Source: Promethearchaeota archaeon
Lineage (GTDB): Archaea; Asgardarchaeota; Thorarchaeia; Thorarchaeales; Thorarchaeaceae
Direction of reading: 5' to 3'
DNA length: 64,000 nucleotides
Assembly (NCBI GenBank): GCA_048939765.1
Contig: JBHLPF010000003.1
Location: 1-64,000 of the forward strand
Shown: one piece after another, positions 57,475 to 64,000 of the stretch
Position numbering within the stretch: the first letter of the stretch is position 1
Layout: each line of letters begins with the position of its first letter
The notes under the pieces: model-generated
The model's database searches: none
What the model was told of the DNA's origin: nothing
The model's input: only the letters and a program-made list of their open reading frames with translations
Position numbers and translations under genes: made by a program

Positions 57475-58716
57475 CTACTCATAGATCTCCTCTAACCCAT
57501 CCCACTCCAAGCCTAATGCCTCAGCCATTAGAACTGCAAGGTCCTTAACTACCTTACTCGATCCTGCTTGAGGCAGTTGATCATGCATGAAGTCAACACA
57601 TGAAGGGCAAGATGCAGCAACTACTGAAGCACTTGTCTGTTCAATATCGTCCACTTTCAACTTGCTGATCCGGTTGGCAAACTCGGCGTCAATAGCTCGT
57701 AGCACACCGCCCGACCCGCAGCAGAAACAGTTGCTCTTGTTATGCGGCAGCTCCTCGAAAGTCACCCCAGGCAGGTACTCCAAGACCTTTCTAGGCTGTT
57801 CATAGAAACCTGAGTTCCTTCCCGCGTCGCAGCCGTCATGAAATGTCACAGTAATGTCTAGAGGATTGGTGAATTCCAACTTGTTGGCATCAATAAGCTC
57901 CTCAAAATACTCCGGTCCGTAGATGATTTCGAATGGCGGGTCAATGCCAAGGAACTCGTGATATTCATGGGCCCACATCTTATAGCAGCCCGGGCAATTT
58001 GTCATAACTCGTTCCACCCCGAGTTCCTTGTATTTCTCAATATTATGCTCAGCAAATTGACGAGCGGTCTCGAAGTCGCCTGTCATGATCATAGGCGCTC
58101 CACAACAGACTTCATCTTCACCAAGAAATGTGTACGACTCGCCAGCTTTGTCCATGATCAGAGTGGTGGCAATTGTTGCCTGAATGGAGACTCCACGGAA
58201 TGAGGAGGCACACCCGAAGAAGAATGCAGTCTTTGCCTCTTGGCCCATTGTATCTAAAAGGGCGTCTTCATCTGGATGCCAATACGACCATCCCTCGACT
58301 CTATCCATCTGTGACTGTCCCTGAATGTTCTGGCTGTCAAGTAGGGTCTTCTTTGCCATCTCAAGTTGCTCAGGCCAGAGACCCATCTTCTGGAAGTCTG
58401 ACCTCATCAGTTGGTAAATCTGAACAAAAGGAATGTCCACCTGGCAAATCTCTTCGCATCCTCCACAGAGAGTACATCCGAAAACCGCGTCGCGAAGACC
58501 CTCTAGACCTTCCGACGCCTTCAGGCTTCCCTGGGCCAATGAACGGGCAATGATCATCTTCCCTTTTCCTGAGTAGCTATCTCGGCGCTTCACCTTGTAG
58601 GTCGGACAGGCGCCATGGCCAACTTGGCAGAAGCTACATTGCGCACAAGTATATGGCATATCTTGAAGGTTATGCTTCTTCAGTGATGGGAATTCCATGA
58701 TGTCATTCACAACCAT
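57475..58716 (-). CDS. HdrD/GlpC-type Fe-S oxidoreductase, copy 5
   Basis: CAQCSFCQVGHGACP, CTLCGGCEEIC, CCG...CPGC and HDGC..GR...CCGSGG...CPSC. Start uncertain (58698-58764). Confidence 0.92.
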   Translation of the reverse strand: MVVNDIMEFPSLKKHNLQDMPYTCAQCSFCQVGHGACPTYKVKRRDSYSGKGKMIIARSLAQGSLKASEGLEGLRDAVFGCTLCGGCEEICQVDIPFVQIYQLMRSDFQKMGLWPEQLEMAKKTLLDSQNIQGQSQMDRVEGWSYWHPDEDALLDTMGQEAKTAFFFGCASSFRGVSIQATIATTLIMDKAGESYTFLGEDEVCCGAPMIMTGDFETARQFAEHNIEKYKELGVERVMTNCPGCYKMWAHEYHEFLGIDPPFEIIYGPEYFEELIDANKLEFTNPLDITVTFHDGCDAGRNSGFYEQPRKVLEYLPGVTFEELPHNKSNCFCCGSGGVLRAIDAEFANRISKLKVDDIEQTSASVVAASCPSCVDFMHDQLPQAGSSKVVKDLAVLMAEALGLEWDGLEEIYE

Positions 58717-58920
58717 CGGGACACGTGGCTCGACATGTTTTGCCGAACGAGTTATGCCCTGCAACAGCCCTTAATATCTGTGCTCGTTGCACAATGGCAT
58801 AGCTTTCGTCACACTTTAAAACTTGTTAGGTAAGTTGTGTCAAACGCCATTCCCTCCCTCTCTCGCTAGGTTTTTATGGAGCATGATTCCACGACCGTGA
58901 CCTGAGAGCAGCTTCATCTC

Positions 58921-60876
58921 TTGGAGAGAGTCCACATGACACTGAAGCCAAAGCTAGTGACGGAACTCGCTGAGGTCTATGAAGACCGAGTGATCACAGA
59001 GAAGCATGAGCTCGTCATCCATGGCATGGATGTTGGTTCTTTGCCCAAACAAGTGGGCTGGTTAATGAACGTCAAGCCTGATGCGATTGTGCAGCCTCAA
59101 ACCCCTGAAGAGATCAGGTTCCTGTACGAGTTTGCAAACAAGTACAAGGTTCCTCTAATACCAAGGGGGGCAGGCACTTCGGGCTATGGTGGTGCAATTC
59201 CTCGAAAGGGAGGCATCATTGTTGACATGCGTGTTATGGACAAGATCGTTGACATCGATGAAGAGAATCTGACTGTCACTGTTGAGCCCGGACTCTCATG
59301 GGCGAATCTGCAATTTGAGCTGAACCGAAAGAACCTAGACCTCCGTTGTTATCCCTCTTCTGGACTCTCTGCAACAATCGGGGGCTGGGTGGCCCAGGGC
59401 GGCGATGGAATTGGGTCTCTCAAGTATGGGAACATCAACAAGAACGTGGTTGCTTTCGAGGTGGTCTTGCCAACTGGAAAGATGATCAAGAGCAAGGACT
59501 GTGACCTGTTCTGTGACACAGAGGGCATTCTTGGAATCATCACTAAGGTGACTCTGAAGATAAAGCCCTTCACTCCTATCAAGGTCATTGTTTCGAGCTT
59601 CCCTGAGAATTATCTGATGGTTCATGCTATAGAGAAGATACTCGAAGATGGTCCTCTTCCATTCACGATAAAGTTCGAAGAAGCAAAGTACACAGACCTG
59701 AAGAAGAAGATCTGGGACAGTGAGGAGAAGTTCCCATTCCCGGTTCATCACTGCACGATTATGGTTGCATATGACGGAGATGAGGAGGAGATTGCAGAGG
59801 GCTTCAGAGTTGTAGAAGAAGTCACAAAGATGTACAAGGGAACTGTTTATGATGAGCATGTGTCTACCCACGAATGGAGTGACCGCTTCTACCCAATGAG
59901 AGTCAAGAAAGCTGGTCCTACCCTCGTTGTTGGCCAAGCATTTGCACCGCTTGAGAACCTAACCGCAATACTTGATGACTGGCAATTTGAACAGGGATCC
60001 GCTAAAGCTGGTATTGATGGCTACGTAAACTCTTTGAATGCTGTCACCATGATGGGCTATTTCCTCGAAGATGAACGGCGCAGATTCTTCATGTTATCCT
60101 GGGCTCAGAGCTTTGTTGTGTTCAAGATTGCACAGCGGCATGGCGGTCATGCTCACTCGACAGGAATCTGGTTCGCCAACCTGGCCGGTCAATACTTTGG
60201 TGCACAGCGACTGGCAAAGATACGTGCAGCCAAGCTTAAGTACGACAAGAAGGAGATATCAAATCCTGGGAAGGTGTTCGCCTATTGGCTACCACTTATT
60301 CTCAAGTTTGGTAAGTATTTCCTCTGGATATTCTATGACCTATTCAGGAATGGGTTTGGCAGGATTGCTCCAATACTTCTGAAGTGGCTCCAGAACCTGC
60401 CGCCACTCAAGTGGGTGCTGCGATGGGGCCGAGCACATAGTCCATGGCCAGTGCAATACGGATTAGGATGTTGCATGGTCGATGGTGCCGCTGGAATCGC
60501 GTCGAGGTGGGACTTTGAACGATTCGGGATGCTCCCCCTCTTTGGCCCGCGGCAGTGTGATGTGCTATGGATATCTGGGTCTCTTACCAAGAAGATGGCT
60601 CCGCGACTGCGAAGAGTCTACGAGATGATGCCAGATCCCAAGTTCGTTATCGCCTTCGGACAGTGCGCGGCCAGTGGCGGCGTCTTTTGGGACGGATACT
60701 CGCTACAGGTTCCGCCTGAGTCTGTAGTACCTGTCGACGTCTATTTGCCCGGGTGTCCTCCGAAGCCTTCAGACTTCGTCAGGGCTCATCTGATACTCCA
60801 GAACAAGATTCGTGCAGGCACGACACACTGGCAAATGAAGTATGAAAACCAGGACGCAATGGGGATGATCCAATGA
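58921..60876 (+). CDS. Fusion protein: GlcD/Dld-fold FAD oxidoreductase (copy 5) + NuoB/FpoB-like [4Fe-4S] complex I subunit
   Basis: N-terminal part has PRGAGTSGYGG, YPSSGLSATIGGW, EGILGIITK and NPGK. C-terminal part has WGRAHSPWP..GLGCC, DFERFG, PRQCD, KMAPRLRRVYEMMPDPKFVIAFGQCAASGG and VPVDVYLPGCPP. Likely ATG start at 58936. Confidence 0.92.
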   Translation: MERVHMTLKPKLVTELAEVYEDRVITEKHELVIHGMDVGSLPKQVGWLMNVKPDAIVQPQTPEEIRFLYEFANKYKVPLIPRGAGTSGYGGAIPRKGGIIVDMRVMDKIVDIDEENLTVTVEPGLSWANLQFELNRKNLDLRCYPSSGLSATIGGWVAQGGDGIGSLKYGNINKNVVAFEVVLPTGKMIKSKDCDLFCDTEGILGIITKVTLKIKPFTPIKVIVSSFPENYLMVHAIEKILEDGPLPFTIKFEEAKYTDLKKKIWDSEEKFPFPVHHCTIMVAYDGDEEEIAEGFRVVEEVTKMYKGTVYDEHVSTHEWSDRFYPMRVKKAGPTLVVGQAFAPLENLTAILDDWQFEQGSAKAGIDGYVNSLNAVTMMGYFLEDERRRFFMLSWAQSFVVFKIAQRHGGHAHSTGIWFANLAGQYFGAQRLAKIRAAKLKYDKKEISNPGKVFAYWLPLILKFGKYFLWIFYDLFRNGFGRIAPILLKWLQNLPPLKWVLRWGRAHSPWPVQYGLGCCMVDGAAGIASRWDFERFGMLPLFGPRQCDVLWISGSLTKKMAPRLRRVYEMMPDPKFVIAFGQCAASGGVFWDGYSLQVPPESVVPVDVYLPGCPPKPSDFVRAHLILQNKIRAGTTHWQMKYENQDAMGMIQ

Positions 60877-61418
60877 AATTGCGAGAAGACAGCGATCAGT
60901 ACTGCATGCTGCTGATCGGCACAATCATCCTAAGTGCCTATGTCTTTGACATCTTGCTGGCTGTTGTCGCTGATACAGCGATGGCTCTTCACTTTCCGTT
61001 CCTGGTCGGTGGGCCTCTGATCATGGTGTTCTTTCTAATTGGCTACTTCAGGCCAAAGCGCGGCAGGATCAAGGTCAATATGCTCTCTATTGCAATTGTG
61101 ATAGGTGTTCTCTACACAATCTATGTCTTGGTACCATTTGGCGGTGATATCATCTATGCGTCCTGGGGAATGGGAGGCGCAATCCTCCTGGCTGGCGGTT
61201 TCTCAATGTTGGACCCGATGGAGGTCAGTGTGACCCCCGGAATCATGGAGGTCAGCGACTTCAAGTACAAGCCCTTGCCAGAGCCTGAGCCCGAGCCAGA
61301 ACCCGAGGAGGCGGCTGAGGCTGAATCAGAAACGGAAGCCGCCCCTGACACCTCAACTTCAGAAGAGCCAGCTCAAACGGAATCAACTGAAACTACTGAT
61401 GAAACTCCATCAGAATAG
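60873..61418 (+). CDS. Four-TM membrane protein with acidic Glu/Pro-rich tail
   Basis: ATGA overlap with the fusion gene, four hydrophobic segments and an EPEPEPEPE tail. Confidence 0.7.
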   Translation: MKLREDSDQYCMLLIGTIILSAYVFDILLAVVADTAMALHFPFLVGGPLIMVFFLIGYFRPKRGRIKVNMLSIAIVIGVLYTIYVLVPFGGDIIYASWGMGGAILLAGGFSMLDPMEVSVTPGIMEVSDFKYKPLPEPEPEPEPEEAAEAESETEAAPDTSTSEEPAQTESTETTDETPSE

Positions 61419-61513
61419 AGCAGACTGGAACCTGCAATTGTTATCCCCTGAGTCCGCCTAGATTCTTCTAGTCCTGACTAAAATGAGGAGGCTATGGATG
61501 AGAGCGCGGACTC

Positions 61514-61873
61514 TCATTCACGAAGCCAAGCAAACGCAGCAAACGCCAGGAGCAAACCGAAGGCAACCCATGCAAAGAGGAGAATACCTGCTAGGTCAGT
61601 GTACTGGGTGATGTCCAAATATGCGTGCACACCACCAAAGACTCCAGCAGCCATCGTGGCACCTATGCGGCCACTGCGGGTTGATGCGAATGCAATACCA
61701 AGAGTCGCTACTACGAAGAACAGCCCACTCAAGAAGATGAAGTATTGGAAGGTGAGATCAATCGGTGCTACAGTCAAGATGATCCAGAAGTATGCCCCAA
61801 TGAATCCCATTCCGATTAGAAGCGCGAGGTAATAGAAGAATGTACCCTCTTCTTTGTAAGACAATTGTATCAC
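61514..61873 (-). CDS. Small four-TM hypothetical membrane protein
   Basis: Hydrophobic 119-aa ORF with a GGVH motif. TATA-like TTTAA upstream. Confidence 0.6.
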   Translation of the reverse strand: MIQLSYKEEGTFFYYLALLIGMGFIGAYFWIILTVAPIDLTFQYFIFLSGLFFVVATLGIAFASTRSGRIGATMAAGVFGGVHAYLDITQYTDLAGILLFAWVAFGLLLAFAAFAWLRE

Positions 61874-62206
61874 CTTTACCTTGTCGGTAAACTGTTTCCA
61901 TCTGGAATATGTGCTCTATTTAAGCCCTTTGAGGGAAACTGGTCGAAGACTTTTTATCATGCTACTTTGTACGCCGACTTCCACAGCACAAGGTAGTCCT
62001 ACCCATCAGGCGACCCGCCTCGATGGATCGGGCATCATCTTGGCTGTCGTGTACACGATTCGACCTGGAATACGTCACCTAGGTAAGGTTGGAGCTTGAC
62101 TGCTATGGACAAAGAACTCAGGAAGAAGGTATTTGGAATGGTTCCTTCCAGTTTAGGTGGCGTGCAGGTTACTATTTCTATAACGGACCTAGGAGGGTCT
62201 TGAGGC

Positions 62207-62665
62207 TTGCAGACAGATAGGCTGTTTCTCCAATTCATCCCGGTCTTGGTTTGGGCTATTCTTGTAATCGTTCTGATTGTTATCATGCTGTTGGCATCCT
62301 GGGTGCTGCGACCCCATATACTCCAGAACTCAGAGAAGACTTCTACATACGAATGTGGAGAAGAGCCTATTGGGCCAGCACGAATGTCATTCCCCTATAG
62401 CTACATCATCTACACGATTCTCTTTGTCATCATAGACGTAATGGGCGCATTTCTCTGGCTACTTACTGTTTCACCGCTACGATTGAATCCCATAGTCGCT
62501 TGGCAGACGTTCATCTTCGTCGTGATTATTATGGGTGCAATTGGATATGCGCTGAGGTATCTGCCTCAGACTTCGTTTAATGGTAAGGAAATCCTCGAGG
62601 CATATCGCGCTGCAAAGGCAAAGCGTCTCGAGAAAGCGCACGCATCGGGGAGGGAGCATCATTGA
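62207..62665 (+). CDS. nuoA: Complex I-like subunit A (NuoA/FpoA)
   Basis: Three TMs, EKTSTYECGEEPIG loop and LFVIIDV. TTG start after GGAGGG. Confidence 0.92.
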   Translation: MQTDRLFLQFIPVLVWAILVIVLIVIMLLASWVLRPHILQNSEKTSTYECGEEPIGPARMSFPYSYIIYTILFVIIDVMGAFLWLLTVSPLRLNPIVAWQTFIFVVIIMGAIGYALRYLPQTSFNGKEILEAYRAAKAKRLEKAHASGREHH

Positions 62666-63333
62666 TGCAAGGATTTGAGTCCGCGTTCGAGTCAGTTGAG
62701 TTTCTGTTGATTGCAGGAATAGTCATTGTACTGGCTTACCTCGCACTGGAACATAGGGAGATTGTGTATGCCGCATTCTTTTTTGGCTTCATGGCGTCGT
62801 TCGTAGCTGGATTCTTCCTTCTATTGGAAGCGCCTTTTGTTGCCGGTATGCAGATTGCGGTGTACACTGGAGGCATAAGTGCGTTAATCATATTCGGCGT
62901 TCTCCTGTTGCCACGAGCACAAGACTCCACACTCGAGGCAATAGAGTCGCCCCACGCCAAGAAAGTTGGCATACTTGTATCCGGCTCCATAATGTTCCTC
63001 TCTGCAATTCTTGCACTGACGTTCCCATGGAACGAAACGATTCCAGAGAGCACAATCGATTCTTCAAACAACGTGGCTCTTCTCGCTGAGTGGTTGTGGG
63101 GAGATCATGGAATCTATGTTCAACTCATCGCACTCATCATTGTGACATCCCTCGTAGGTGTCATCGCGCTCATGAAGATGGATAAGGCAGAGCTGATGAA
63201 AGATGTCGTCGCCGAGTTCGGTATCGAAGCAGCACCAGAACCTGAAGCGCCTGAGCCGGAAGAACCTCCGGAGCCTGAGGAGACCTCTGAGGAAGCTTCT
63301 GAGTCGGAAGTCAGTGAGGAGGTGGCCGACTAA
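62662..63333 (+). CDS. nuoJ: Complex I-like subunit J (NuoJ/FpoJ) with acidic tail
   Basis: IVYAAFF, LLLEAPFVAGMQIAVYTGGI, five TMs, and it precedes nuoK. Confidence 0.85.
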   Translation: MMQGFESAFESVEFLLIAGIVIVLAYLALEHREIVYAAFFFGFMASFVAGFFLLLEAPFVAGMQIAVYTGGISALIIFGVLLLPRAQDSTLEAIESPHAKKVGILVSGSIMFLSAILALTFPWNETIPESTIDSSNNVALLAEWLWGDHGIYVQLIALIIVTSLVGVIALMKMDKAELMKDVVAEFGIEAAPEPEAPEPEEPPEPEETSEEASESEVSEEVAD

Positions 63334-63653
63334 TGGTCCCGCTTTCTTGGTATCTTGCTGTTGCATTCATCTTGATAGGCCTTGGTGCCTATGGGATGAT
63401 GGTGAAGAGGAACCTCATCAGAATTCTCATTGGTGCTGAAATCATGGGGAATGGAGTCAGCATCGCTATAGCTGCTTTTGCAGTCTACAGCCCTACCTTT
63501 ACGCTGACAGGACAGGCTCTCATTATTCTCTTGATATCAGTTGCTGCAGCTCACACTGCTCTAGCTCTAGTCTTGATGCTTGCTTACAACAGGCGACATG
63601 GAACAGTGGATCTTGGAAGACCAATCTCACAGGAGGAGAAGCTGGATGTCTGA
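63333..63653 (+). CDS. nuoK: Complex I-like subunit K (NuoK/FpoK)
   Basis: GAYGMMVKRNLIRILIGAEIM, GQAL and VAAAH...YNRRHGTVD. Confidence 0.9.
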   Translation: MVPLSWYLAVAFILIGLGAYGMMVKRNLIRILIGAEIMGNGVSIAIAAFAVYSPTFTLTGQALIILLISVAAAHTALALVLMLAYNRRHGTVDLGRPISQEEKLDV

Positions 63654-64000
63654 AGGTACTCCTATGTCTGCAGCCACATTTGGAAGACAGATTGTCAACA
63701 AGTTTCCTGGCGTTGAATGTACGCCAAAGGAAGATGGTATCCTTGAGTGCATTGTGCCAGCAGACAGGATTAGGGACGTTGTCGGGATGATTGACGAACA
63801 GATAGAAGATGCCTTTCCAGAGAGCGTCTTTGGAGTTGACCTTCAGGAAGACAAGTATGAAGTCATCTACATATTCTGGTCTCGAACCAATAGGACACTG
63901 TATCACCTTCGTGTTTCACTTGAGGGCACCAATCCCGAGGTGGACACAGTGTGTGACATATTCCCCGGCATGGAGTGGCATGAGAGAGAGACCTGGGAGA
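63646..64000 (+). CDS. nuoC: Complex I-like subunit C (NuoC/FpoC), 3' truncated by window edge; not in the ORF track
   Basis: Hand translation from ATG 63646 (after AGGAGG) gives MSEGTP...GVDLQEDKYEVIY...LRV...VDTVCDIFPGMEWHERETWE, containing the NuoC WxERE motif. Confidence 0.88.
   Translation, partial: MSEGTPMSAATFGRQIVNKFPGVECTPKEDGILECIVPADRIRDVVGMIDEQIEDAFPESVFGVDLQEDKYEVIYIFWSRTNRTLYHLRVSLEGTNPEVDTVCDIFPGMEWHERETWE

Noticed and set aside
59335-59937. 200-aa minus-strand ORF
   Set aside because: Antisense to the FAD-NuoB fusion, with no motifs.
39877-60876. Possible selenocysteine (in-frame TGA) recoding in the redox genes
   Set aside because: The Fe-S and CCG motifs are complete with ordinary Cys codons and the proteins are full length. 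I recognised no interrupted frame or convincing SECIS.
61881-62099. 72-aa plus-strand ORF or structured RNA upstream of nuoA
   Set aside because: It overlaps probable promoter elements and shows no recognisable protein motif or RNA family features.
1-64000. Mobile elements, CRISPR arrays, rRNA and tRNA genes
   Set aside because: No transposase or integrase ORFs, spaced direct repeats or RNA gene signatures were recognised by eye. Dedicated tools were not run.

Overview
Gene-dense archaeal window. The Cys-type CcmE (CPSKY), GGR-family reductase, TATA-like promoters, frequent TTG/GTG starts and surface proteins with Thr/Pro stalks suggest an archaeon. An Asgard/Thorarchaeia-like origin is my inference only. 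Positions 1-10 kb hold a Liv-type ABC importer clustered with an acyl-CoA ligase, two alpha/beta hydrolases and an atypical FabH-fold enzyme. Positions 10-26 kb hold housekeeping and export genes: mutL, mutS, tal, rpe, and two ABC exporters with regulators. Positions 26.7-64 kb form one long respiratory region. It contains a membrane-anchored multiheme cytochrome c with non-canonical heme motifs (including CxxCM), a system I* ccmABCEF set, and a menaquinone side-chain trio (GGR-family reductase, long-chain prenyl synthase, MenA). It then has five FAD-linked (GlcD/Dld-fold) oxidoreductases paired with five HdrD/GlpC-type CCG Fe-S proteins, interleaved with putative monoheme surface proteins and His-bearing membrane proteins, followed by the start of a complex I-like cluster (nuoA, J, K, C). 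The standout observation is an in-frame fusion of a GlcD-fold flavoprotein to a complete NuoB domain (58921-60876), which could be an undescribed electron-input module for a complex I-like enzyme. No rRNA, tRNA, CRISPR array or mobile element was recognised.
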